Counted from the whole stretch's first letter, positions 1-12,679 are shown. The stretch is 63,920 bases of DNA, filler included, from Blastocystis sp. subtype 4 (GCF_000743755.1; 3 parts of 3 records of this genome joined end to end with filler, not necessarily neighbours in it), one strand, 5' to 3'. The notes: generated by a model not told the origin, from the letters alone. Numbers and translations are program-made.

Positions 1-75
1 GTGGAGGAGATGAATGGAAAGTTCCAGGGTCTATTCGAGGATATTGATAAGGCCTTTGCTGCGCTGACTGATTGA
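1..75 (+). CDS. 3' end of an unidentified gene (partial)
   Basis: Frame 1 reads VEEMNGKFQGLFEDIDKAFAALTD to TGA at 73-75, followed by TGTTTGTT at 92-99 as at other gene ends here. Confidence 0.55.
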   Translation: MEEMNGKFQGLFEDIDKAFAALTD

Positions 76-159
76 GTTTGTTGTTTTTACTTGTTTGTTC
101 GAGTAATTTGATGTGTTTGGTTGCTGGTGTTTTTGGCTCTTCACATCCCATATATGATG

Positions 160-540
160 ATGGCATGAAGTAGTTGCAAATTTTGCGAATAAGAATATCA
201 ATGATAAGTTCAACTCAAATGATTCAGATGTTACTTGGATTCCTAGTGATTATGGATTCAGTGGCTTACACAACAATCGTTCTGTGTTTATCAACTATCT
301 CAATTTCTACTCTGTAACATGGCCGATCGTCGTCCTCATAACCTTGATGTGTTGGGTTCTAATGATGGTGAAACATGGGACACTCATATTCATGGTACTT
401 TTTCGTAAGCTACACAGATTTATGGTCCAACATTGGTAATACGAACTTTTATCATATGTATCGTGTTGATACTTTGGATTCGATTATCAAGAAATTGAAA
501 TGAGTGAAGTGTATCTTGGAACTCATTCTACTGTTGTTAT
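160..540 (+). pseudogene. Frameshifted remnant of an F5/8 type C (discoidin)-like domain gene
   Basis: Fragments in different frames: NNRSVFINYLNFY, DRRPHNLDVLGSNDGETWDT, YHMYRVD, EIEMSEVYL. GSNDGxxW is a discoidin-type motif. No intact ORF and no obvious introns that repair the frame. Confidence 0.45.
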
Positions 541-1376
541 GTGCCGTAGTACTGAACTAGTTTAGTCCTATTAGAAGTATCAACAGTCATTTTATTGATT
601 ACTGAGGTTTCTACATGCTGATAGAAATTAATACGACGGGTATCCCCAATGATATTCCATTTTAAGGTTGTACTAGTATCTAGATTACGTTGTAATCAAT
701 TCATACGAGAACTGGAACCACAAATATCTAGGAGACAATTCTCTATACTTCCAGTTGTATTCTCTCCCAGATTTACAACCATATCACCATGAAAGGTGCT
801 ACTGTGTAGAAGTCATTTGCAATGCTCATCCTGGATATCATAGATATCTGTAGTTTCTGAATGGATAGGAGTAATAAGAACTGAAATTGAGTTGAATAAG
901 ATAATGCAGCTACTCTCAAATTGCTTCTGATTACCATTCTTTCAACTAAAGTCATCTTAACCCATCTTATACGTTTCGGATTACTCCTGAATTGCTCAGT
1001 ACAGAGAAGAAGGTACAGGTTAACAATCAACATAATCATAGTATCCGCTCATAGAAGCGTATGAAAATAATTAACCAATAATGATTCCGAGCCAAAATGT
1101 ATTCAAACACACCTACTTATCTCTTTCGCTTATTCGAAAGAAACAGAAAAGTAGTAACATATTCACAAAATAGACTTGAACAGTAGATTACCAATATCGA
1201 AACTTCATTGAATACGTGATACGAGTGAAGAAAACGTCATAACGGTTTCATCCATATGGGAAATTGTGAAGTGATCACCATCCTTGATTATTATAAATGA
1301 TCCCCAAAGCACGCCCACTAAACGTGCGTTTAAGGGGGGATCACTTTTTCTTTGAGAAGATTCGTATTTATTCTGA

Positions 1377-2282
1377 ATGGCTGGTGATAAAACCATTGCT
1401 ATTACGCTTCGACCATACATTGCAGGTGGTTCTGGTGCTATCTTTTCTTCGATTTGTATTCACCCCATTGATCTTGTCAAGGTGAGGCTTCAGGTGGCTA
1501 ATACTGCTGCCGAAGGAAGTGTTTCGGGACTTTCTATCGCTAAGAGTGTTGTTCGGAATGAAGGTGTGAAAGGCCTCTTTTCAGGTTTATCAGCTGCTGT
1601 TGCCCGTCAAGCAGTCTATGGTACTGCTAAGATTGGTCTTCATGACAGTTTCAGCCAGAAATTGAAGCAATTAAATAATGGACATCCAATTCCCTTCTAT
1701 CAAAAGACACTCTCTGCAATGACAGCAGGAGCCTTAGCGGCCGTAATCGGAAATCCTTTTGATCTGGCTCTAGTACGAATGCAAGCGGATGGATGTGCTC
1801 CTCCAGAAGAACAACGTGGATATCGGAATGTTAGTCAGGCAGTCTATCGAATTGCTAAGGAAGAGGGCGTGAAAACTCTCTGGCGAGGATCGATTCCAAT
1901 GGTATGCCGAGCCGTTGCTATGAATGTGGGTATGCTGGCTTCGTATGATCAGGCAAAAGAAATGCTTCTTCCCTACACAGGAGTAGGTGCTGCAAACAAC
2001 ATGTGGGCGAGTGCTGTGACTAGTTTTATCTGTTCCTTTACGGCACTTCCATTTGATATGATGAAAACCAAGTTAATGAACATGCATGTTGACGCTGAAA
2101 CTGGTCAACTTCCTTATCGGAATTTGCTTGACTGTGCCGTAAAGACGGTTAAGAATGGAGGATTCTTTTCTCTGTGGAGAGGATACTGGACTTTCTATGT
2201 AAGGACTGCTCCTCATGCAATGATTACACTGTTAGCAAAGGATGCTTTTACTTCATTGTACAATCGTGCTTTTGTGAACTAG
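1377..2282 (+). CDS. Mitochondrial carrier (SLC25), oxoglutarate/dicarboxylate carrier-like, intronless
   Basis: Three Px[DE]xx[KR]-type motifs (HPIDLVKVRLQ, NPFDLALVRMQ, LPFDMMKTKLM). Contact-point segments RQAVYG, RAVAMN and RTAPHAM resemble OGC/DIC/DTC. 301 aa. Confidence 0.92.
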   Translation: MAGDKTIAITLRPYIAGGSGAIFSSICIHPIDLVKVRLQVANTAAEGSVSGLSIAKSVVRNEGVKGLFSGLSAAVARQAVYGTAKIGLHDSFSQKLKQLNNGHPIPFYQKTLSAMTAGALAAVIGNPFDLALVRMQADGCAPPEEQRGYRNVSQAVYRIAKEEGVKTLWRGSIPMVCRAVAMNVGMLASYDQAKEMLLPYTGVGAANNMWASAVTSFICSFTALPFDMMKTKLMNMHVDAETGQLPYRNLLDCAVKTVKNGGFFSLWRGYWTFYVRTAPHAMITLLAKDAFTSLYNRAFVN

Positions 2283-2369
2283 AATTTGCATCATTTACAG
2301 TTTTATCGTATTCTTATCTTTTTGTATGGCGTGCCATACATGCTTGGTAGTGATTGTTAATAAACACGA

Positions 2370-3709
2370 CTAGTCGCTGAATTCAACTGACTCGCTACTA
2401 CTAGAAGATGACTCCAGAAAGATCTTCATTCGTTCTTTCAGAATATCTGCTTGCTGGCTACTTCTAACGGATGAGAGATATATTATTTACGCACTCTGTA
2501 GACGAATTGTCATTTCCGTCTTTATGAACATGCTTCAGTTTTGCTTTGTTGAATGTCTGGATCTCTTTTAGGAGATTTCTAGAACATGAGTCCTTTCATC
2601 TTGTGAATACTTTGGAGCCTCTTTCTTTCCACTTGCTTGGCTTTCTTCATTTTCTGTACTTGGGATATTTGAAGGCTGTTTCTTTGGAGGAGGAATTTGT
2701 ATTTGGACTGGTTTCTTCTCGAATTGGATTGGCAAAGGAGGTGGAGGTGGCTTTCTGGCTATCTCTGGATTTGTTTGAGTAGGAGGAGGTTGATTTGCAA
2801 TTGTCTCTTTTTGGACTGGAATAGCAGCAATTGGAGGTAAAGGAGGAGGTGCCGCAGCTGGAGGCAGAGGTGGAGGTGCTGATTTAGGCTCTTGAGGAGG
2901 TGCTGATTTAGGCTCTTGAGGAGGTGTTGCTTTCGGTTCAGGTGGCTTTGGCCTGGGAACTGAACTAGAGGATGTAGGAGTTTTCCCAATCGTTGCTGGT
3001 ATCTTGGGAGGTGCTCTTGGAACAGAAGGAGGCGGAGCAGAAGCCTTTGGAGGAGGTCTGGATATTGGAGGTGGTTGCATTGTTGGAGGAGACTTGGAGA
3101 TAGGAGGAGGTTGTTTTACTGGAGGAGGAGGGGGTTTCTCCACACTTGTAGGTTCCATCGATCTCGAAACGGAGGATTCACGACTCGTATTGAATAATGC
3201 AAATAAACCTGATCGCCTTCGTGTTCTAGTGGTTTCCTAATTGTCATTAGTTCGTTGAGAAATACCGAATCATAACTCTGATTTACTAGAGTTTCACATT
3301 TTGTGATGGAATGAGAAATATGTTTGAAGAAACGTCGGGAATGCTTTTCACTTGAGAACAGTAATCCAAATAGAAGACTTTCTGTTTCGAAACTATGGAA
3401 TTCGGTTGTCAACATCTGATAATTACATTGAGCGGATAATTGACATTCAAAGAGTACGAACGATAGTGGCTATACATCATTATATCCATTTGAGATTACG
3501 TTATCAAACTCATAAACACGAATATATGTAGAATAGGTCTTGTTCTGGGTAATGACTGCTGCTACTCCAACAATTCCAGGGTCTCTCCATTCTAAATCTT
3601 GTGAACTTTTTGCATAGGCACAAAACAGCTTGGCTACTCCGCATTGACGACATTCATAAGACTCTGGAAGTAACCGTTGGATTTCTTTCACCATATATTT
3701 ATTTTTCAT
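2370..3709 (-). CDS. WASP-family actin nucleation-promoting factor (WH1, proline-rich, WH2, C-terminal helix and short acidic tail), multi-exon
   Basis: WH1-like AKLFCAY...EWRDPGIVGVAAV...FHSFETESLLFGLLFSSE; long polyproline region; WH2-like RTHVLEISKEIQTFNKAKLKHV; ends DILKERMKIFLESSSSSSESVEFSD-TAG (2372-2370). Confidence 0.75.
2872..2926. repeat. 24-bp tandem repeat (about 2.3 copies) encoding PPQEPKSA in the WASP-like gene
   Basis: GGAGGTGCTGATTTAGGCTCTTGA at 2872-2895 and 2896-2919, plus a partial third copy. Confidence 0.9.
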
Positions 3710-3800
3710 TGTGCGATGGAATTGGAGAGAAATCTACGTTGCTTATCAACTCCTTGCTTCGCCTTTCTAAAAGCTGATTCATGAACAAACAGAGTGTAGA

Positions 3801-6800
3801 TTACACTTGAGCACTCAAATTGGTAGAAAAGAAGACATTTCCGTTCTGTACAGATTCAACACGCAAGAGAGGGTGGTTCGACTGATCCTGAGACATTTCA
3901 GTCCTCAGATCCAAAGGAAAAGAAGTCCCTCCATTCCCATTCACGGTTTGAAGTGAGAAAGAATCTCGTTGGGATGAGGGTTCCATGGATTTCGGTAAAG
4001 CAATTCGATAAGAATTCATCGAGACACCAGGAAAAGCATTTGAATTCCTCCCTTCTAGATTGGACCGAATCATGGGAGCAGTTCGATTCTCCATGAGAGA
4101 TGCTTCAGAAGGCCTCCGTTCAACATAGCTAGAGGTATGTTTGAGGACTGAAGCCTCTCTGGAGAGTCGTTGTTGAACGTACTGATTCTGAATCGGATAG
4201 ATGGAAGGGGATTGATAAGGACGAGAACCCAGTGATTGTGACTGATAAGACGAACGTACAGAAAGAGGAAATGAGATAGACTGCTGACGCTGGAGAGTGG
4301 ATGAACGAACTGAAATTGATTGAGACGGAGTTGGATTGACCGAAGAAGAGAAACCCTGAGTCAGGACTGATTGATAGGATGCTGAAGGAGATGAAGGCAA
4401 TGAGGGCTTGACCTGCATTTCTTTCTGCGGTGTTTGTTGTCTTTTCCCTCGACCTCGACGACTGCGTGCTCCCTTTCCACGCTTCTCTTTTTCATCTATT
4501 CTTGACACGATGTTAGGTCCCGCGGGAATCGGCTTCTCTTCAACACGACGTCGTTCTAAATTACATCGACTTTCGATTCTTACTCGATCGTTTTGGAGTT
4601 GGCTCTTGCGATTCTTGAGTGCCAACAGATTCACTATCATTAGCAGAAATCGACCCGATTTTGGAAGTGACGGAAGTTTCATCTTCTTGAGTTTTCTTTT
4701 TTCGTCTATTTCTCTTTCCCGTAACAACTTCATTCGCTTTCGAAGTTTCAGGATTATGAGAACGACTCAAAAACAATGGTTTTTCTAATTGGAGGGATTT
4801 TACTTCATGTGTTAAAGAATTATAAGGAGATGCCAGTACATTCAAAAGGCGGGAATCACGAGCCAGTAAAAATAACTGAGCATTCTTTGATTGAAAATTT
4901 AATATTATCCTACGTAGAGAGTAGAAACATAGAGAGAATCTTCAATAGAGGGTTGAATTGGATTTGATGCATTGTCAAAGGACCGACAATAGGATGATAT
5001 GGCTTTTACAGCACATACAGACTCACCTTCTGTTGCATAAAAGGTGTTTCTACCAATGAGTCAAGCATCATGAATGAACAGTTGATTACACTCAGTACCT
5101 TCACCACCTCGAATTCGCTCCACAACTACAACCACTGCAACAGGTCGTTCTTTCATCTTCCAACGATCGGCGGTATTAATGCGAGGAGTAGGAGATGTGC
5201 TTAACAACAGACTTGTAGTGCGAGAAGTGATACGAAACGTAATCTTTGAAGCAGAAACAGGCTTAGATAATGCCAACTGCAGAAATAGAAGTGATTTTGA
5301 GAATGGTAAAAGAAGTCGATATTTCTTCCATGAATAGAGTGGGATCAGATGTAATTCTTCTGAAGCTTCAATTGATGGGAAAGTGAGATTGAGAGGCAAA
5401 TCAACAGCATAAGGTTTCTATGAATGACTAACTATGAGACGAAAACCACAGTCATATGATTAAGGTTGAGGGATGAGGATTTGATGGGAGCAAGAAGAGA
5501 ATGCAACTTCCGTTTGACAAAGAGAACCAGTGTACTGAAGTATACTGGTGACGAATACATAGCAGCAAGAGCAGAAGCAGTAAGTGATTGAGAGGACAAT
5601 GAATTTACATTAGACCCAGTACCATCACACTTGTTATTTGGACTCTTCTCTTGAAGGCATGGTTGAATAATCGATCCCTCAGATTCACTCATTACCATGC
5701 GAACGTGATCTACATCAGATCTGTCTCATTCATCATACCATTCGTATCCCGTTCCCATGGTCTGTTACCCATCCACATCGCATTCCGCCATACACAATCT
5801 CCCATCCACATTGCATCAAATCTTTCAGTCACCTCATTTACTCCTCGAATCAGTCCATCAAACCACGTTACCAGCAGGATCTCTTCACTGCTTCGTGATG
5901 AACCACAGAGAGAACTGTGACTCGTCATACTATGATTTCTAAACTTCATGGAAATTATTGGAAAATACACAAAACTCACATCTTTTGGATTTCCAGCATT
6001 ATCACCGATTTGGATACAATCCGAAGGATATACTGAAAGCAACTCTAATGATTCCAACTCCTCATTCAGGGATTCTAATTCCTTGTGTAAGACTACTTCA
6101 CATAGAGACGGATGGTAATCTGGTGCATCCACAAAACGCCCATCAATCACCAGTAGTTTCATTCCTTCAGGAGAATACAGCTTCTGTTGAAATGAGTCTG
6201 TAAGCATCTATTACGTGAAGTGAATTTAGTAATTCTCACAACTTCACATTCCCGCGGTAGAAAACCTCGTTGAAACGATTCCAACAGTATATGACAATCA
6301 GGAGAGAAGAGTTGGAAACGCCGTGACAATGAAGATACTTCATCAAGATGGGATGTCAATAAAAAGGATGATTTTGTTAAGTACAGAAATAGTCCATAAT
6401 TTGTAGACTCCTTTCGAACTATTCATAAAACATAGATTGAATGAATACAAGTTTCCGTTGTGATATGAGGCTTTCGAAGGATTGATGTCTATGTATCACT
6501 CACTTTCCACACAGCTACGACAAACTGCTTATAATCCATTTCCTCAGTCTTCACTTGCGTAGAAACAGAACATGACCAATAATCCGTGTTCTCAAGTGAA
6601 GAGGGAATTTGATCCATAAACTCCAATTGGGTTTCTTCTGATGTTCGAAGATTTAGCATTGGAGGTAATTCTGGAATTACAGATGAATCAGCAGAAGAAT
6701 TCGTGAAATAGACAGACTTATTCAGAATATGAGGTTTCTGTGTAACTCGAAATGAGATGGGTGATGTAGTTGAGTTCGGAGCAGAAGGTTTTCTGCCGAC

Positions 6801-7711
6801 AGCGAAATTCGCGTGAACACTACGCCGACGGCCTCGAACACGGGAATTTGTAAGATAGGATACAGATATAGCGGGTTGAGGTGCAGTTGGTAGAGATTGT
6901 CGTCCTTGTAGTCGTTGTGCTGTTTGTTCAGGAAGTCGATAGGTAGGAGAGAGCATCATTGAATGACGAGAGGCAATTTGTGGCTGTTTTCGGTAGGAAG
7001 TGGAATAGTACATTGGTTGTTGAGGGATAGACGGTGAACTCCGAATAGGACGAGGTTGATGCGTTTCTGGAGACTTGTACCTCATCGAGGGAAACGAAGG
7101 ATCAGAGGGATATACAGCTCCATAAATAGAACGAGAAGTTGTCGATGGTTGATGAGAGGAAGAAGGAAGGGCAATCCGGTTGGATTGTGGCTCTGGTTCA
7201 GAAAACGGCTGTTGGAATATATCACGATGTGCTGGAAGTGCGATTCCAGAGAGAGATGATTGAGATAACACTTGAGTTTCTGCATAAGGATCACCAAGAG
7301 ATTGCGAATTGCGGGATTGAACAGAATCTGCTAACCCCTGACTCGGCTGAGCTGGGGGATTTTGAAAGGAGTGAAGACGCTCCAACGCTTCGTTCGTTGT
7401 AATCTGCCGAATCGGAAAGGAGTCCAAATCATCTACAGGTTGTCTCTATTTGCTATTTGCTACTAAGTGTGTGAGTATTCGCGTCTTGGGATAAATGCAT
7501 ACTTAGAGATGGCTCCATTCTTAGAACAGATGCTCCTACAGAATTGCTCATCGAGGAAGAACTTGGCAGTTGGAGATCACACAGATCAGTAGTAGAGGAG
7601 AAGCTAGGGCATTATCCACATCCAAAGCCATTACTAAGTAGAATCTGACATTCCGGGAAGTGCAATCTCTCCAGTATTTGAATCAGCACCTAAGGTCTGT
7701 TCAAATGCCAT
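3801..7711 (-). CDS. Large multi-exon hypothetical protein, S/P/Q-rich, with a possible weak Spt20-like segment
   Basis: ORFs 6489-7427, 6159-6359, 5710-6207, 5432-5698, 5061-5399, 4561-4845 and 3801-4733 appear joinable by short GT-AG introns (several junctions checked by hand). ATG at 7711, TAA at 3803-3801, TGTTTGTT at 3791-3784. Confidence 0.6.
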
Positions 7712-7846
7712 TGAATAGGAAAGAAACTAGACCGAAACCAAGAAAGGTCCTATTCCACAGAAAAACAAGTGGTGATAAATTAAGTGTGACAGAAACAAAT
7801 ATCAGAAACCACAATTTATGGAATTATTAGAACACGATAAGAAGCT

Positions 7847-8456
7847 CTACAATGCACTAACTGGAATCTCTTCCAACTCTCGTCGTCGGCAGAGTCGTTC
7901 AGCTACCATTCATTTCAAAAGGAAGCACTTACAAAGGGTGATCAATATGGCAGTAAAAACTCCGAATACGATCCACCAACTTGCAGAATATGGGAAAGAC
8001 TAGATGAGAATCCAGACCCTGGTGGTACGTGAGATACTGTTGTAATAATGAGATGGAGTAAAAGGATAGTTGAACAGTAATCCCAACATTTCTTTGATCT
8101 TTCAACCGTGATGACTATAATAACCGATCTATAGAATGAATTCAGAAAAGATAAGAAGAACAAAGCAAGAGTGACGATAAAGAGTTCTATCACTATAATC
8201 CAAAACATGGAAGGCGAAGTAGTCAGTTCCTAATTGGTACACTTCATTTTCAATATGTACTGTTGGGTCAAATAAGATGTTCATAATGGGTATGTCATTC
8301 ACTCTACAAATGGCTCCAATGATACAATGAACAAAGGTCCAGATGAGATAGAACCAACACTAAGAATCATGCACAGATTGTCAGTATCACTTGAATGGTA
8401 AGGATTTGAAGAATGATATAAAGTCCGTCCCATTTCTCACGTCCATAGAGAGGCAT
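7847..8456 (-). CDS. SYS1: SYS1 Golgi integral membrane protein
   Basis: Spliced product MPLYGREKWDGLYIILQILTIQCWFYL...VERSKKCWDYCSTILLLHLIIT...ERLCRRRELEEIPVSAL matches SYS1 motifs (WD.lI..QI, V.R.K.C.D, C...EL.EIP). Confidence 0.88.
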
Positions 8457-8484
8457 TCCCCCTTCTTCCAACAAACACAAGCAA

Positions 8485-10275
8485 TTATAAACGACTAGAT
8501 TCTTCATCACTCGTTCCTTCCAACGTTATATCATCTCCTTGCACTTCTTCATCAAGATTCATCTCTTCCAGCATCTCTTCCAAAGGTATGATAGGAGCAT
8601 CTGGTTCAACCTCCGGTGTAATCACAGGAGCCTTAGCAGATTTGTCTTTGTAAATATTGACTTCTTTTCGCATATCTGCATCTTCCTCCAAATCCATTAA
8701 GAATCGCTCATATTCTTGTTCCTGTTTCTTCAGATTCACCTTGCGGTTCGATTCTTCCTCTTCCTACACATCACCATCAACATCACGAATGTACCATCTC
8801 CAATTTCTGGAGCTTCCAATTCCTATGTTGATTCACACGACGATAATTAGGATAACACTTCCGAACCAACACACAATCAGGAAGTGAACGACCCTACAAT
8901 CAAGATCAACATCTACATCATACCTGAAGAGGCTTCATATCATCATCATTCAGTACTGCTGTGCTTAAATCATATCCCATCACTGTATCTCCTTCATGCA
9001 ATAATGCTCCTAAATGAGTCTTCACAGTCACCAAACTGTCTTCCTGTCCAAGGCGATCACTTCGACATACCGTCACCTCCTCCAGCACCCACTTGCGTTT
9101 GTCAACAGGACCTGCTGAATGATTCGCGTTGTACGCCACCTCTACCACCGTGTATTCTACCAGCTGCTGAGTAGTTAGAACCGATCGGAACGGAGCTCCA
9201 TTGAATTTCTCCACGTTGAGTTCAGCGTGTTGAAGAGTGAAGGGATTGATGAAAAAGAGGAGATTTGTGACCTTAGTGCAGAGAGCCAGGGGTTCCATTC
9301 CCTAGTGATGATACAAAGAAGAGGAACACACAGTGATGGAAGTGATCTTTCTGGGAAAGATCACAAGATCATCTTTACAAATTGGAAGAATATCAACAAC
9401 GTAGGAATATTTGAATTTAGTGATATTAGAACTGAAATCCTGACTGAGTAGTTGCCGAGCAATTCCGATGCTATGGATAATTGATGGAAACTATCTGTAC
9501 TTGATCGGAACACATCCCTTTAACCACTGTATGAATCCTCTAGCATCACTACGTTCAGGGAAGAAAAAATCAAGACCATCAGGTTGAGACTCGATATTCA
9601 CAGCTTTTCTGTGCATATTGGCTTTGATGATTTGCTGTTCTAGGAAATAGAAGGTTCGTTTGTGTTCCACCTAGAAATGAGAAACATACCGAACATATAC
9701 TTTCTGACGCAATTGGACCACAGCCTTACAAGAATGTTCGATAGATTCCATAATACAGTCCTCACAAGTCTTAGCTTCAACGATGAAACAAACGATGAAG
9801 GATTGCTGAAGAATCACCCCAAACGCCTCCTTTTGGATGGTAAGATTCACTTTGATACGTTTTGAGTGAGGTTCGGTCCAGACAAATTCGGCATCGATCA
9901 ACTTCACTTGTTTCAAACCTATATATGAGGAGAAATAAAAGCATGCACCTTTGATCTTCTTCAAACAGAACGCCAGCAACTCTTTTGATTCTGGAGGAGC
10001 TTCTGTCCATGGAGGTCGGAGGAAACTAAAGAGATGATAAGACTGAAACAAATCCATACCGTCCACATCCTCGACATTGAAAGACAACAATCTGTCTCTG
10101 AATACCCTCGGTGATATCAACTTTGGAACGAATGCAATTGATACACATGTTTGCCTTATTCGGCTGAATTGGAGTCGAACAGACACAACATAGAGTTCAA
10201 AGTGAAGGACTATAGTAAGAAACGATTCAAAGGATATATGTCAGACGTTCCGTTGTTGTCTCCTTCAGTATCCAT
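8485..10275 (-). CDS. NMD3: 60S ribosomal export adaptor NMD3
   Basis: ILCCVCSTPIQPNKANMCINCIRSKVDITEGI, LIDAEFVWTEPHSKRIKV, KTHLGALLHEGDTVMGYDL, YERFLMDLEEDADMRKEVNIYKD. Confidence 0.95.
10195..10237 (-). other. U12-type (minor spliceosome) AT-AC intron, 43 nt, in NMD3
   Basis: ATATCCTTT donor, TCCTTCAC branch-site-like motif, ends TTTGAAC. Removal gives GAC AT|T CTA TGT TGT (DILCC), the conserved NMD3 start. Without it the frame is broken. Confidence 0.88.
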
Positions 10276-10431
10276 GGTTAGATAATGAAGAAACCAAAAA
10301 GAGGCAATTGTTCAATCGGGCACCCCAATTGCGTGATGTCGCAAAAACTAAATTGCCTTCTTTCACTGGCTGTGTTTGATTAGGAATCGTTTTTTCATCT
10401 TACTGGAAGAGAAAGAACAGTTTTTGAAAAG

Positions 10432-11989
10432 ATGGATTTCAATAGTTATTTGAACACAACACCAATTCCTGGTATGAAACTTTGATAGTAGTAGTCATAA
10501 TCTAGGGTCAGAAGTGGTATTGAACATTGATTGTGTTGATGGGTTTAGAAAGCAGGAGGACAACCTGCTCCAACAGTTCCTCCAATCATGCCAAATCAAA
10601 TACAGTCATTTATGCAACCAATGAATGGTTCTAGCGTGAATTCAGCAGGGATTGGTGTTATGCAGCCAGCAGATGGCCAAAACTATTACTATCCATACTA
10701 TATGCCAACGATGACGCAATTTCAAGGAACAAATTATTACCCTGCCATGACACCCCAAATGCTGATGGATCAGTTTGCTCAATTTATGTCCATGATGGGA
10801 AATGGGATGCAAGTTCCAAATCCAACGCCTGTAGGGATATCGATTTTGGATGAACGAAAGGTTATTGAAGGTCAGAAGTATCCTCCTCCCGACAATTATA
10901 CGTGCAATCGCTGTAAGCAGAAGGGTCATTGGATTCAGTATTGCCCGTATGCAAAGAAGTGAGAGTGAATTAATTATTTCACAGTAGAAAACCATCTTAT
11001 TGTATTCAAAACGGGAAGATCGAATGCAAGACATGTAAGAAATGGTTCATTTCGGAAGAGAAGAAAAAGGAACATTTGGCTCTCCATGAGACTTGTCCAT
11101 ACCCAAATTGTTCATTTAGTGCAGTTGAGAAGGTGTTGAGTGCGCACATTGCTTCAGTCCATCAAAAGAAGGAAACACGCATTCCTCCATCATTACTGGA
11201 ATTGATTCCAGAGAAGTGAGATTGGTTTTATACTGTGAGTTTAGATATCGCTACGTATCTACATTAGGGAATAATCCTGAAGAAATAAAGAAGTAAGGGA
11301 AAAGATGAGAATTGATATTTAGATGGAGGGAAGAACGGAAGCGAAGGTATCCAACTCAGGATAATATACAAAAAAAGAATGAAGCTGAGAAGGCAATCGA
11401 AGAGGCAGGTGGTCTAGTTCCTCAAGAGAAGAAGTTGAAGGAAACCGTTCCTTCGGAAAAGAAACTGTATGAAGTGATCCAAGGGAAACGACTTGCTCTA
11501 TGCAAGCATTATCTCCAAGGAACATGCAAGAATGGAACGAATTGCAATTATCTCCATGATCCATGTCGAAAGAATAAGGAATTATGTAAAGCATTTGTCC
11601 GTGGCTACTGTTCGAGAGTAGAGGAGTCAAGAGAGAATGAGTTGTAGGGAATGAATTGCAAGAAATTACACAATCCAAATGATCGATTACTGTGGCTGAA
11701 ACAGAAGAATGTAGAAGTAGGGGAGAAAGAAAAAGGGATAATGGAATAGCCTATGGTCCCTTCTCTTCTCTGTCAACTAATGAGCAATGAAGTTTTTAAT
11801 GAGAATAGTTGTATTTTGCAATGTTTGAAGTTCATTGTGGATGAAAAGTTGATTCCTGTTCCAGAAAAAGAAGATGACTCTTCTGATTCAGGCACCTCTT
11901 CTTCCGATGAGTCAGATTCAACTTCGGATTCATCATCTGGTTCATCGTCTGACTCCTCCTCTTCGGAATCTTCATCTCCTTCTGATTAA
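10432..11989 (+). CDS. NUFIP1: NUFIP1/Rsa1-like box C/D snoRNP assembly factor with extra CCHC and CCCH zinc fingers
   Basis: C2H2 fingers (CKTCKKW...HLALHETCPYPNCSFSA), PEEIKKWREERKRRYPT motif, CCCH fingers, C-terminal SLLCQLMSNEVFNENSCILQCLKFIV. Confidence 0.8.
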
Positions 11990-12175
11990 TTGTCTTTTAT
12001 ATTCTTGTCTGTTATATCTCTCGTTTACATTACCCCCAGGATCTCATTTACCCCCACTACGAATTGTTTCCTTGCCCTTAGTTCCCAAACAAAGATTGCT
12101 TACCGTAGGTAGATCATTCATTTTGTTCTCCTTGCTTTTGTCTTGCTATGTATCAACTTATCACTTTTCATGTAG

Positions 12176-12679
12176 ATGGTTTCTGACATTCGTGTTACCT
12201 ACCGTCGCAGACACTCCTACAACACTGTTTCTAACAAGTACCATATCGTGAAGACCCCTGGTAATAAAATGGATTGAGTACTAAGGAATAGGTGCCAGAC
12301 TTGTTGTTCAGTACAACAAGAAGATTGCGAACCCCGTAAAGTGTGGATGCTGCAAGAAGCCTCTTGCTGGAGTATGTTTTCATGTTGGCATTTTAACATG
12401 TAGATTCCCCGCATTTCGGGTCGCAATATGAGAAGACTATGTGTTCCTCAGCGTTCTGTGACCCGTGCTTATGGTGGTAATCTGTGTCATAAGTGCGTTC
12501 GCGACCGGTAGCTTTTAGAAGTGCGAACCTGATGGAATAGCATTCTGCGTGCCTTCCTGATTGAGGAGCAGAAGATTGTGAAGAAGGTTGCTTCTGTGAA
12601 GGCTATGCAGAAGAAGGAAGAGAAGAAGACCACGAAGAAGTCAACGAAGAAGACTGCCAAGAAGACAGGAAAGAAGTAA
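12176..12679 (+). CDS. RPL34: 60S ribosomal protein L34 (3 introns)
   Basis: RVTYRRRHSYNTVSNK...VKTPG...[34 protein letters not shown]. TAA at 12677-12679, TGTTTGTT at 12712-12719. Confidence 0.95.

Noticed and set aside
4431..4438. TGTTTGTT copies inside genes (also near 36501 and 38338)
   Set aside because: They are antisense to the host gene, so they are not poly(A) elements for it.
5950..6400. Spt20 assignment for the 3801-7711 gene
   Set aside because: Only a weak pattern resemblance (LLESFQRGFLP...LVIDGR). An HHpred hit is needed before naming it.
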